This document shows positions 1-10,168 of a stretch of 64,000 nt of DNA, piece after piece. Origin of the DNA: an uncultured Chloroflexia bacterium (lineage in GTDB: Bacteria; Chloroflexota; Limnocylindria; Limnocylindrales; CSP1-4); assembly GCA_963813335.1 (NCBI GenBank), contig CAWEYL010000001.1:192001-256000 (forward strand), read 5' to 3'. Within the stretch, counting starts at the first letter, position 1. Every line of letters starts with the position of its first letter. Under the pieces are notes generated by a model that worked only from the letters and a program-made list of their open reading frames with translations, had not been told where the DNA came from and made no database searches. The position numbers and the translations under genes were made by a program.

Positions 1-194
1 GCCGCTCGAGACGTCGCTGACGACCTCGGGGCTGTACGCCGTCGGCCAGCTGCTGCTGCTGGGCGCGTTCGCGGCCGGCCTGCCGACCTCCCACACGCCG
101 GAGCCCGAAGCCGACGACGACGAGGACGCGACCCGACGCCGAGGCGACCGACGACGAGGCGACCGGCGTCGAGCCCGAGGGCACGACCGCCTAG
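1..194 (+). CDS. 3' end of a membrane protein of unknown function (partial, probably frameshifted near the end)
   Basis: Frame from position 2 reads PLETSLTTSGLYAVGQLLLLGAFAAGLPTSHTPEPEADDDED, a hydrophobic helix followed by an acidic tail. TAG at 192-194 overlaps the convergent gene's stop. Confidence 0.4.
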
Positions 195-793
195 GCCCGG
201 TCCACCGGCAACGACGCCGCGAGGTTCCGCAGCAGGTTCAGGCCCTCGTCGACGGATTCGGTCGGCGCGTACGGGCCCGGCATCAGGAAGCACGGCCGGC
301 CACCCAGCGCGACGCCGGGGAGCTGGCCCCACGGCTCCTCGAGCGGTCGTCCCGCGGCGATCGATGCCGCGCGCTTGTAGATGAACACGACCGCGGCGGG
401 TCGCCAGAGCGCGATCTTCTGCCAGAGCGGGCCGATCCCGGCGGTCAGGTCCGCGTCGGTGGCCTCGTCGCGGGCGGTCGGCACCTTCAGCAGGTCGGTG
501 ATGCCGTGGCCGGCGGCGACGAGGGCGTCGTCGGCGGTCTCGATCTCGGTCCCGGGCGGCAGGATGCGGGCCGTGATGAGCCGCTTCCAGAACGTGCGCC
601 CGAGCTTGCCCTGGTGGTAGTGGCCGGCATCGACGCTGACCGGCGACGGGTTCAGCCCCACGAACAGCAGCCGGTCGCGCATCGGCGGCAGGTCGGCGAG
701 GGTCTGGACGCGCGTGCCGGCGATGGTGAGGGTCACCAGGTGGGGTCCCGGCCCCGGCCGCTCCATCAGGGCGGCAAGCTCCTCCGGGGTCAC
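191..793 (-). CDS. Uracil-DNA glycosylase superfamily protein, Mug/TDG-like
   Basis: LLFVGLNPS...GHYHQG...FWKRL and GITDL resemble family-2 UDG motif 1 (GINPG...GH.F....N.FW). Confidence 0.75.
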   Translation of the reverse strand: MTPEELAALMERPGPGPHLVTLTIAGTRVQTLADLPPMRDRLLFVGLNPSPVSVDAGHYHQGKLGRTFWKRLITARILPPGTEIETADDALVAAGHGITDLLKVPTARDEATDADLTAGIGPLWQKIALWRPAAVVFIYKRAASIAAGRPLEEPWGQLPGVALGGRPCFLMPGPYAPTESVDEGLNLLRNLAASLPVDRA

Positions 794-824
794 GGCAGCT
801 GGATGCCCGCGGCCGACGACGAGG

Positions 825-1052
825 TCAGGCGGGCGGCTGGGTGCCGGCGCCGGGGCCGGCAGGATCCGAGGGCGCCTCGGGCGACGTGGTCCGCGCCTGG
901 ATCTCGGCCTGTGCCTTGGCCGCCTCGGACTTGGCGTCCTTGACGCCCTTGCCCAGGGCCGCGCCCCACTTGGGCAGGGTCTTGGGGCCGCGGATCACGA
1001 TCACGGCCACGAGGATGATGATCAGGACGAGCAGGATGTCCGACGGTGCCAT
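825..1052 (-). CDS. tatA: Twin-arginine translocase TatA/TatE subunit
   Basis: N-terminal TM helix, then GPKTLPKWGAALGKGVKDAK amphipathic helix; 75 aa. Confidence 0.85.
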   Translation of the reverse strand: MAPSDILLVLIIILVAVIVIRGPKTLPKWGAALGKGVKDAKSEAAKAQAEIQARTTSPEAPSDPAGPGAGTQPPA

Positions 1053-1077
1053 ACGCGGATGGTACGCCCCGCGGCCG

Positions 1078-1476
1078 TCAGCGCGGGCGGAGCGCGACCG
1101 GGATCACCAGGCGGGCCGCGGTGTGCGTCGCCGAGAACGACGCGACCTTGTTGTCGACCAGGCCGGAGCCCGTCGCCGCCGCGATGACCTCGACGTCGCG
1201 GAGGGTGGCGGCCTTGCCCTTGCGCGAGATGACCCAGATCGCGCCATTCGGGCGGATGCGGCTGGCGAGGTCGCGGAGGGGCGCGAGCTGCGCCATCGAG
1301 TCGGCGCCGAGCAGGACGATGTCGGTGTCGGGCTCGGGCCAGCCCTCGGTGATGTCGGACGTGCGGTCGGCGAGCAGCGGGCGGATCGCCTCGTCGTCGA
1401 TGTCGATCAGCGCGACCCGCATGCCGGGCCGGACGCCGAGCTTGTCGAGGAGCGGGGTCGTGTAGACGCGTTCCAT
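1078..1476 (-). CDS. DUF3052-like protein
   Basis: TPLLDKLGVRPG...LASRIRPNGAIWVISRKGK...GLVDNKVASFS pattern; ATG at 1476. Confidence 0.6.
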   Translation of the reverse strand: MERVYTTPLLDKLGVRPGMRVALIDIDDEAIRPLLADRTSDITEGWPEPDTDIVLLGADSMAQLAPLRDLASRIRPNGAIWVISRKGKAATLRDVEVIAAATGSGLVDNKVASFSATHTAARLVIPVALRPR

Positions 1477-1495
1477 CGCCGGTATGGTGGCACGC

Positions 1496-3169
1496 ATGCT
1501 GCTCGTGTACGGCCCGCGCTCGACCACGTACGACTTCGGGCCGGGCCACCCGCTGACGCCGCGGCGCTTCGGACCGGGCATGGACCTGCTCCGCGCGGTC
1601 GGCGGACTCCCCGGGCTGGAGCCGGAGCCGGCGTCGGACGACGAGCTCGCGTGGTGCCACGACGAGGCCTACATCGAGACCGTGAAACGGTTCTCAGCGG
1701 CGCCGTACGGCCCACCACAGGCGGGGATCGGGATCGGCGGCGACGACCCGCCGTTCGCCGGGATGCACGACGCCGCCTCGATGGTCGCCGGCGGGTCGCT
1801 GCGGGCGGTCGAGGCGGTCCTGCGCGGCGAGGTGGCGCATGCCTTCCACCCGGGCGGCGGGCTCCACCATGCGATGCCGGACCGGGCCTCCGGGTTCTGC
1901 ATCTACGACGACCCGGCGCTCGCGATCGCGCGGGCGCGGCGGGACGGCCTGCGCGTGCTCTACCTCGACGTCGACGTCCACCACGGCGACGGCGTCCAGG
2001 CGATCCACTGGGACGACCCGGGCGTGCTGACGATCTCGATCCACGAGTCCGGGCTCACGCTCTTCCCGGGCAGCGGGTTCCCCGACGAGATCGGGGAGGG
2101 GACGGCGGCCGGCACCTCGGTCAACGTGCCATTGACGGCGGGGACGGGCGAGCGGGTCTGGCTCGAGACGCTCCGGACGCTGCTCCCCGAGCTGGCCGCC
2201 GCGTTCGGGCCGGACCTCATCGTCAGCCAGCACGGCGCGGACTCCCATGCGTGGGACCCGCTCGCGCACCTGCGCATGACGACCACCGCGATGGGCGAGG
2301 CGGCGCGGCTCGTCGACGAGGTGGCGCATCGCTACGCCGGCGGCCGCTGGCTGGCGACGGGCGGGGGCGGCTACGACGCGTACCGGGTCGTGCCGCGGAT
2401 GTGGTCCCTGGTCTGGCTCGCCGGCGCGCACCAGGCCGTCCCGTCCGAGACGCCGGCCGAGTGGCGCGAGCGATGGGCGACCGATGGCGCCCGGTACGGC
2501 CAGGCGCCGCTGCCGCTGGCCTTCGACGACCCGCCGAACGCCGGGCTCGAGATCGACTCGGCGCAGCGGACCGCCGAGATCGCGTCGTCCGAGGCGGCGA
2601 GCGCGGTCCGTGCCGCGCTCGTGCCGCGGCTCCTGCGCGTGGCGCGCGACCGAGGGTGGTGGGACCCACTGGCACCGGCGACCGGGCGCGGCGGGCCGGG
2701 CGACAACGGCGGGGCGCCGGAGCTCGTCGAAACGGTCGGGGGGCGGCAGATGGACGACCTGGCGCTCGCGCCACGGGTCGTCGCGCCGGTCGACCCCGGC
2801 GCGGGCCATGCCATCGTCAGGGCGGCGATCGAGGACGGCGCGCACGTGTCCGCGGCGGTCGTCGGGTCCTCGATCGTCGGTGGCGCGGTCATCGTCGGGC
2901 TCGCCATCGCGTCGCCGGACCACGAGCTCCTGGCGCTCGGCGTCGCGCCGGAGTACCGCCGCCAGGGGATCGCCGGTCGACTGCTCGCCGCCAGCGGCGC
3001 GATCCGGGCCGAGGCGACTGTCGCGGAGCGCGACCCGTTCGACCCACTGGACCGGGTGACCCGAGCCGCGGTGGCCCGCAAGCTCCTCGAAGGGGCCGGC
3101 TTCTGGGTGGGGCCGGCCGACCGCGGCGTTCGCGCCATCGATCCGCTCGCGGTCCGGGCGACGCGCTGA
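1496..3169 (+). CDS. AcuC-like Zn-dependent (HDAC family) deacetylase with C-terminal GNAT domain
   Basis: GHPL, GGGLHHAM, SGFCIY, DVDVHHGDG, SIHESG..LFPGSG, QHGADSH, TGGGGY; C-terminal acetyl-CoA motif A LALGVAPEYRRQGIAGRLL. Confidence 0.9.
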   Translation: MLLVYGPRSTTYDFGPGHPLTPRRFGPGMDLLRAVGGLPGLEPEPASDDELAWCHDEAYIETVKRFSAAPYGPPQAGIGIGGDDPPFAGMHDAASMVAGGSLRAVEAVLRGEVAHAFHPGGGLHHAMPDRASGFCIYDDPALAIARARRDGLRVLYLDVDVHHGDGVQAIHWDDPGVLTISIHESGLTLFPGSGFPDEIGEGTAAGTSVNVPLTAGTGERVWLETLRTLLPELAAAFGPDLIVSQHGADSHAWDPLAHLRMTTTAMGEAARLVDEVAHRYAGGRWLATGGGGYDAYRVVPRMWSLVWLAGAHQAVPSETPAEWRERWATDGARYGQAPLPLAFDDPPNAGLEIDSAQRTAEIASSEAASAVRAALVPRLLRVARDRGWWDPLAPATGRGGPGDNGGAPELVETVGGRQMDDLALAPRVVAPVDPGAGHAIVRAAIEDGAHVSAAVVGSSIVGGAVIVGLAIASPDHELLALGVAPEYRRQGIAGRLLAASGAIRAEATVAERDPFDPLDRVTRAAVARKLLEGAGFWVGPADRGVRAIDPLAVRATR

Positions 3170-3906
3170 TGCCCGGTCACGGCGCGCGGTCCGGCGATCC
3201 GGCGGCGCCCGCCCTGCCCGCGACGGACCTCGTCGACGTGCGCCTCTCCGCCGCGTTCGCCGGCGGCGGCTGCCCGGTCTGCGCGGTCCGCGCCCGATCC
3301 GAGCGGGCGATGCTCGACACGATCGTCGCGGAACGCGTGCTGGACATCCCGTTCCGCGAATTGCTCGAGCGCACCCATGGCTTCTGCCGCCGGCACGTGG
3401 CGGAGCTGGTGCTGGCCGACCGGCGCGGGCCGGGCGGGATCCTCGGGTCCTCGATCCTCTACGGCGCGATGCTCGACCGACGGGTCGAGCCGCTGCGCGG
3501 GTCGCTCGGTCGGCGCGGGCGCTCGCTGCGGGCCCGGCTGGCGGGCGCGCGGAAGCGGCCGCCGTGCCTCGCCTGCGAGCAGGGGGCGAGTGCCGTCGAG
3601 ACCGCCCTGGGCCGGCTCGCGGCACGGACCGGCGATCCCGCCTGGGCCGAGGCGATGGCGACGGCCCCGTTCTGCCTCGACGACCTCGTGGCGCTGTGGA
3701 CGGTCGCGGACGGGGCGGAGGGATTCGACCCCATCGCGCGCCGCCAGGTCGAGCGGGTCGAGGCGCTTCGGTCGAGGCTGCAGGGCTTCGTCGATCACTC
3801 GGCGCACGACCGGCGGCACCTCATGCGCGACGACGAAGGGACGGCGGCCGGCGAGGCGGCCGAGCTGCTGGGCGGGACGCGACCCGACCCGGGAGCGCGG
3901 TCGTGA
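3169..3906 (+). CDS. DUF6062-like Cys/His-rich protein
   Basis: CPVC...HGFCRRH and CLAC...FCLDD pairs. ATG overlaps the acuC stop (TGATG). Confidence 0.6.
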   Translation: MPGHGARSGDPAAPALPATDLVDVRLSAAFAGGGCPVCAVRARSERAMLDTIVAERVLDIPFRELLERTHGFCRRHVAELVLADRRGPGGILGSSILYGAMLDRRVEPLRGSLGRRGRSLRARLAGARKRPPCLACEQGASAVETALGRLAARTGDPAWAEAMATAPFCLDDLVALWTVADGAEGFDPIARRQVERVEALRSRLQGFVDHSAHDRRHLMRDDEGTAAGEAAELLGGTRPDPGARS

Positions 3907-4439
3907 CCGGGACGGCCGGTCCGGGCGGTCTGACCCCGCTCGTCGACACCGGCGAGGCCGGACCGTGGGCGCGCGTCGAGGGCGGCGTCGAGTGGCGGCG
4001 CGATCCGTATCTGGTCTCGACGGACCCGGCGCGGCTCGACATCGCCGCGACCACCGCGTTCCTTGCCACGTCGGCTTGGGCCGACGGGATCGACGAACCC
4101 CTGGTCCGCCGCTCGATCGACGGGTCGATCGCTTTCGGCGTCTACGACGGCGACGAGCAAGTTGGCTTCGCGCGCGTGGTCACCGATCGTGCGACCTTCG
4201 CGTGGATCGGCGACGTGTTCATCCTCGAGAGCCACCGTGGCCTCGGCCTCGCGCTGTGGCTGTCGCGCTGCATGGTCGCGCACCCCGATCTGCAAGGGCT
4301 GCGCCGTTGGGCCCTCACCTCGTCGGGCGCCCGCGGGCTCTACGCGAGGCTCGGGTTCACGCCGCTCGGCGCCCCGGAAAAGTTCATGGAGATCCACGAC
4401 CCGGGCGTCCATCGGCGCCAGCGGGCCCGCGAGGGTTAG
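3903..4439 (+). CDS. GNAT family N-acetyltransferase
   Basis: STDPARLD, QVGFARVVTDRATFAWIGDVFILESHRGLG, GLYARLGF; GTGA overlap with the upstream stop. Confidence 0.9.
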   Translation: MTGTAGPGGLTPLVDTGEAGPWARVEGGVEWRRDPYLVSTDPARLDIAATTAFLATSAWADGIDEPLVRRSIDGSIAFGVYDGDEQVGFARVVTDRATFAWIGDVFILESHRGLGLALWLSRCMVAHPDLQGLRRWALTSSGARGLYARLGFTPLGAPEKFMEIHDPGVHRRQRAREG

Positions 4440-4454
4440 GCAGGACGGGGTCGC

Positions 4455-5219
4455 TCACGGCCGCCCCACGGAGACGGTTCGAGGCGGATGGTCGAGGATC
4501 GTGGCCGCGTCACCCGACACATCGGCCCAGAGCAGCGCGGATCCCGGCCAACTGGCGTCAGCGGTCGTCAAGGCAGCGAACGCCGCCGACGTCTCGGCTG
4601 GGTAGGCCTCGCGAACGACCTCCCCGAACCGCTCGACGATGTCGCGATTTGCGCGGGTGTTCCGGAGGATCAAGAGCTGGTCGATCCGATCCGGTGGCTC
4701 AGCGAGTCGCCAGATCGTCGCCGATGCGAGCGAGTCGGCCTTCTCGTGCGACCAGCGGACCTGCTGTTCGAGCCTCCGCAGCTCGGATTGGACCTCGACG
4801 ACGCCGGCGACCCGGGCCGCTCGGTCGTGCACGACGAGGTCGATGACGCCGCGGGCGGGACGGTAGACCGGAACCTCCAGATGCCGAGTCCAGCGCTGAT
4901 CGACGATCGGCAGGAGCGCCTCGAGGATCCGCGCCTGGATCGGGTCCCGGATCCGCGGGCCCGTGCCCGGATAGACGCGCACTCGGAGCGAGCCGCCGAG
5001 TGCCTGCGAGATTGCGACGAGGACGGCGAGACTCGGCTCGCGGAGCCCACGCTCGATCTGCGACAGGAATCCCGGGTCGATCTCGGCGGCCTTCGCGAGG
5101 CGCCGCTGGCCGAGCCCGGCGTCGAGTCGAAGGCGTCGGATTTCCGCGCCGGTGGCGGCCACGAGATCGTGTGTTTGGCGTCCGACGAGGGTCCGCTGGC
5201 TATGGCGCGACGTGGTCAC
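4455..5219 (-). CDS. XRE-family HTH protein with C-terminal PD-(D/E)xK-like domain (start approximate)
   Basis: IRRLRLDAGLGQRRLAKAAEIDPGFLSQIERGLREPSL is an HTH_3 pattern; HLEVPV...IDLVVHD...VVEVQSEL is a restriction-endonuclease-like core. Confidence 0.7.
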   Translation of the reverse strand: MTTSRHSQRTLVGRQTHDLVAATGAEIRRLRLDAGLGQRRLAKAAEIDPGFLSQIERGLREPSLAVLVAISQALGGSLRVRVYPGTGPRIRDPIQARILEALLPIVDQRWTRHLEVPVYRPARGVIDLVVHDRAARVAGVVEVQSELRRLEQQVRWSHEKADSLASATIWRLAEPPDRIDQLLILRNTRANRDIVERFGEVVREAYPAETSAAFAALTTADASWPGSALLWADVSGDAATILDHPPRTVSVGRP

Positions 5220-5507
5220 GCTCGATACGGAAGCACGTGGCACGTAGCTGGCGATCAACGGGACGCCCGGGGGGTGTCGGTCGAGGCCCCAGGCCGGGTC
5301 GTGCGCTGGCTCAGCGCCAATGGATTCGATAGCAGGCCGGACTGGATCTGCGACTTGCTGACGCAGCGCCAACGTTCGCGCGGCGGACTGAGCCCTTCGT
5401 GGATGTCTGCTGGCGGCCCGCCAGCGAATGGCAGGGATACGGGCGGCATCCTCCCGATTCACTGGCTCACGGCCAGCAGCGGAGATCAGGGATCGGGGAA
5501 ACCGATT

Positions 5508-5545
5508 TCGACCATCTGTTCTAGAACGCGCCGGCGTCCTATACT
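5508..5545 (+). promoter_or_regulatory. Candidate LexA (SOS) box and -10 element upstream of lhr
   Basis: TCGACCATCTGTTCTA has one core mismatch to GAAC-N4-GTTC; TATACT at 5540-5545 lies 9 nt before the GTG. Confidence 0.4.
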
Positions 5546-5554
5546 CGGGGTCCC

Positions 5555-8500
5555 GTGACCGCGACCAAGCCGAGGCCCGAGACGGACCCCGGTCCCGCCG
5601 ACGCCCTCGCCCCGTTCTCGCGCCCCGTCCGCGAGTGGTTCGAGGCGAGCTTCGAGGCGCCCACCGACGCGCAGGCCCGCGGCTGGGCGGCGATCTCCGC
5701 CGGCCGGCACACGCTGATCCATGCCCCGACGGGGAGCGGCAAGACGCTCGCCGCGTTCCTCTGGACGCTGGACCGCCTCGCGACCCATCCGACGCCGCCG
5801 CGGAACAAAGGCGGCCCGCCCGGAACCGTCCGCGTGCTCTATATCTCGCCGCTCAAGGCCCTGACCTACGACGTCGAGCGGAACCTGCGCGCCCCGCTCA
5901 CCGGCATCGGCCATGCGGCCCAGCGCCTCGGCGAGCCAGCCGCCCACCATCACCGTCGCCAGCCGCACCGGCGACACCCCGTCGGAGGACCGGCGCGAGA
6001 TCGCCCGCCACCCGCCGGACATCCTCATCACGACCCCCGAATCCCTGTACCTCATGCTCACCAGCCAGGTCCGCGAGGTCCTCCGCGGCGTCGAGCACGT
6101 CATCGTCGACGAGGTCCACGCGATCGCGGGCACCAAGCGCGGCGCCCACCTCGCGCTCAGCCTGGAACGGCTCGAACGACTCCGCGCCCCGGACGCGCCA
6201 CCCCTCCAGCGCATCGGCCTGTCCGCCACCCAGCGCCCGCTCGAGGCGATCGGCCGCTTCCTCGCCGGCACCGGCCCGGGGCGGGAGGTGACGATCGTCG
6301 ATGCCGGCGCGCGCAAGCCGCTGGACCTCCAGGTGGTCGTCCCGGTCGACGACATGTCGGCCATCGGCGAGGTGCTGCCGCTCGACCAGCAGCCGGGCGG
6401 GCCGGCCACGAGCGGCGAGGCGCGCAACAGCATCTGGCCGGCCATCCACCCGCGGATCCTCGAGCTGATCCGGAGCCACCACAGCACGATCGTCTTCACC
6501 AACAGCCGGCGGCTGAGCGAGCGGCTGGCGCAGCGGCTGAACGAGCTGGCCGGCGAGGACCTGGTCAAGGCCCATCACGGCAGCATCGCCCGCGAGCAGC
6601 GGCTGGCCATCGAGGAGGACCTCAAGGCGGGGCGGCTCCCCGCGCTGGTCGCCACGTCCAGCCTCGAGCTCGGCATCGACATGGGCGCCGTGGACCTCGT
6701 GATCCAGGTCGAATCGCCGACGAGCGTCGCGCGGGGGCTCCAGCGGGTCGGCCGGGCCGGGCACCAGGTCGGTGCCCCGAGCAAGGGCGTGATCTTCCCG
6801 AAGTACCGCGGCGACCTGCTCGAGGTGGCGGTCGTGACCCGGCGGATGCACGAGGGCGCCATCGAGGCGACCGCCATCCCGCGCAACCCGCTCGACGTGC
6901 TCGCGCAGCAGCTCGTCGCGATGACCGTCATGGACCCCTGGACCGTCGCGGACCTGCTCGAGACGGTGACCCGCGCCACGCCGTACGAGACGCTCACCCG
7001 CGAGCTGCTCGAGGGCGTGCTGGGGATGCTCGCCGGCGCGTACCCCTCGGACGAGTTCGCCGAGCTCAAGCCGCGGGTCACCTGGGACCGCGTGACCGAC
7101 GTCGTCGAGGGGCGCCGCGACGCCCGGGTGGTCGCCATCACCAGCGGCGGCACGATCCCGGACCGCGGTCTCTACGGCGTGTTCATGGCCGGCGAGGCCG
7201 GCACGCCCGGCCGGCGCGTCGGCGAGCTCGACGAGGAGATGGTCTACGAGCTCCGGGCGGGGATGCACGGCGATGTCGTCGTCCTCGGCGCCAGCAGCTG
7301 GCGGGTCGACGAGATCGGCCACGACCGGGTCACGGTCTCGCCGGCGCCCGGCGTCCCCGGCAAGCTGCCGTTCTGGAAGGGCGACGCGGTCGGGCGCCCG
7401 ATCGAGCTCGGCCGCGCCATGGGCGCCTTCGTCGGCGAGCTCGAGGCGGACCTGGCGAAGGGCGACAAGGGCCGCCGTGCCGCCACCGCCCGACTCCGCG
7501 AGCTCCACGACCTCGACGAGCGCGCCGCCGACAACCTGCTCGCCTATCTCGACGACGAGCGCGAGGCGACCGGCTCGCTGCCGACCGACAAGCGGATCGT
7601 CGTCGAGCGCTTCCGCGACGAGCTCGGCGACTGGCGGCTGTGTCTGCTGACCCCGTTCGGCGGGCGGGTGCACGCCCCGTGGTCGATGGCGATCGAGTCC
7701 CGGCTGCTGGAGCGGCGCGGCCTCGAGGTCCAGACCATCTGGTCGGACGACGGCATCGCCATCCGGCTGCCCGAGGGCGACGCCTCGCTCGACGGCATCG
7801 AGGACCTCCTGTTCCCGGACGCGGACGAGGTCGAGGACCTGGTCGTCGGGCAGGTGGCGACGCTCGTCGCTGTTCGCCAGCCGGTTCCGCGAGAACGCGG
7901 CGCGGGCCCTGCTCCTGCCGCGACGCCGGCCCGGCACGCGGACGCCGCTCTGGCAGCAGCGCCAGCGGGCGGCGGACCTGCTCGCCGTGGCGTCGCGCTA
8001 CGGCAGCTTCCCGATCCTCGTCGAGACCTATCGCGAGTGCCTGAGCGACGTCTTCGACCTGCCGGCCCTGCGCGAGGTCCTCGCCGGCGTCGCGCGGCGC
8101 GAGATCGCGGTCCACGGCGTCGAGACCCAGCGGGCCAGCCCGTTCGCCAGCAGCCTGCTGTTCGACTACGTCGCGGCGTACATGTACGACGGCGACGCGC
8201 CGCTGGCGGAACGCCGCGCCGGCGCGTTGACGCTCGACCGCGACCTGCTCCGCGAGCTGCTCGGCCAGGAGGAGCTGCGCGAGCTGCTCGACCCCGACGC
8301 GCTCGCCGACCTCGAGCTCTCCCTCCAGGCGCTGACCGAGGACCGCCAGGCGACGACCGTCGACGGCGTCCATGACCTCCTGCGCCGACTGGGCGACCTG
8401 TCGACCGGGGAGGTGGCCGCGCGGGTCGTGGACGGCGGTTCGGTCGCCGAGAGCTGGCTGGCCGAGCTGGCGGCCGGGCGCCGCGCCGTCCGGACCCGGA

Positions 8501-10134
8501 TCGCCGGCGAGGACCGCTGGATCGCCATCGAGGACGTCGCGCGCTACCGCGACGGCGTGGGCGTCTCGGCGCCCGTCGGCATCCCCGAGGCCTTCCTCGC
8601 GCCGGTCAGCGGCGCGCTCGACGGGCTGCTGGCCCGCTGGGCCCGCACGCACGGGCCGTTCCTGACGCCGGAGCCCACCCGCCGCTGGGGGCTCCCGGCC
8701 GGGATCGTCGAGGACGCGCTGGAGCGGCTGCTCGCGGCCGGGACGCTGGTCCGCGGCGAGTTCCGCCCGGGCGGTGCGGAACGCGAATGGTGCGACCCGG
8801 ATGTCCTCCGCCAGCTCCGGCGGCGGTCCCTCGCCCGGCTGCGCCGCGAGGTCGAGCCGGTCGACCCGGCCGCGCTCGGTCGGTTCCTGCCGGGCTGGCA
8901 CGGGATCGCGCCGGCCGGCCGTGCCGGCTCCCCGTTCCGTGGCTCGGCGGCCCTCGAGCGGCTCGCGGAGGTCGTCGACCAGCTGGCCGGCCTCCCGATC
9001 CCGGCTTCGGTGCTGGAGCGGGACGTGCTGCCGGCCCGCATCCCCGGCTACCAGCCGCGGCTGCTCGACGAGCTGGGCTCGCTCGGCGAGGTCGCCTGGG
9101 TGGGGCGGGGGAGCCTCGGTCGCGACGACGGGCGGATCGCCCTGGTCCGCCCCGGCCGCGATGCGCTGCGGCCCGTGGGCTTGCCCGACGGCACGGAACG
9201 GCCGACCGGCACGCGCCACGACGGCATCCGCGACCATCTCGCGAGCCGCGGGAGCATCCTTCTACCGCGACCTCCATCGCGCCGCGGGCGGCGGCCCGGA
9301 CCGCGAGGTCCTCGACGCGCTGTGGGACCTCGTCTGGGCCGGCGAGGTCACCAACGACACGTTCGCGCCGCTCCGCGCCCTGCGCTGGAAGCGGACCGGC
9401 GGTGGCGGCACGCGGCGCGCCCGGCCCGGCCGGTTGACGGCCCTTGGCCCGCCCGAGGCCGCGGGCCGCTGGTCCCTCGTCGAGCCGCCGACCGGGACCC
9501 CGACCGAGCGGCTCCACGCCCAGTCGCTCGCGCTCCTCGAGCGCTATGGGGTCCTGACTCGCGAGGCGGTCGCCGCGGAAGGGCTCGATGGCGGGTTCAG
9601 CGCGGTCTACCCGGTCCTGCGCGCGCTCGAGGACGCCGGTCGGATCCGCCGCGGCTACTTCGTCGACGGGCTCGGGGCGGCCCAGTTCGCGCTCCCGGGC
9701 GCGCTCGACCGGCTGCGTTCCGCGCGCGATGCCGCCGAGCGTGCCGATGCTGCCGAAGTGCTGGTCCTCGCCGCGGCCGATCCCGCCAATCCGTACGGGG
9801 CGGCCTTGTCGTGGCCGCGCCGCGACGACGCGCGACCGCCGGCCGCTGCAGCGCGCCGCCGGCGCGTACGTCGTCCTGGTCGACGGCGTCGCCGCCCTCT
9901 ACCTCGAGCGGGGTGGCTCGACGCTCCAGACGCTGGCGCCAGCCGACGATCCGGACGTGGCGCTGGTCGCCGCCGCGGCGCTCCGCGAGCTGGTTCTCGA
10001 CGGCCGGCTGAAGGAGCTCGTGGTCAAGCGGGTCGACGGCGAGGACGTGGGCGGGTCGCCGTTCCGCGAGCGGCTCCTGGCCGCAGGCTTCGCGCCCGGG
10101 CTACCGCGGACTGGTCCTGCGCTCCACCCGTTGA
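5555..10134 (+). CDS. lhr: Lhr-family SF2 helicase, long form with C-terminal winged-helix/glycosylase-like region; interrupted by about five +1 frameshifts (~5940, ~7860, ~9253, ~9833, ~10100)
   Basis: APTGSGKT, YISPLKAL, TTPESL, DEVH, GLSAT, HHGS, TSSLELGID, QRVGRAGH, GGTIPDRG, PLWQQRQR, RRGYFVDGLGAAQFA, AAADPANPYG in successive frames. Confidence 0.9.
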
Positions 10135-10168
10135 CCGAGCGGTGAGTGCGGCGTGCTAGGATGGCGCC

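Noticed and set aside
130-175. 15-bp imperfect repeats (CGACG[C/A]CGAGGCGAC)
   Set aside because: Most likely encode a low-complexity acidic C-terminal tail.
841-3168. N-terminal ~775 aa of the 1021-aa ORF
   Set aside because: Arg/Gly/Pro-rich off-frame read-through; only 3169-3906 looks like a real protein.
5555-10134. lhr, coaBC, coaX and trpE as pseudogenes or programmed frameshifts
   Set aside because: Uniform +1 insertions, intact motifs, no slippery sites, and housekeeping genes are affected, which points to sequencing error.
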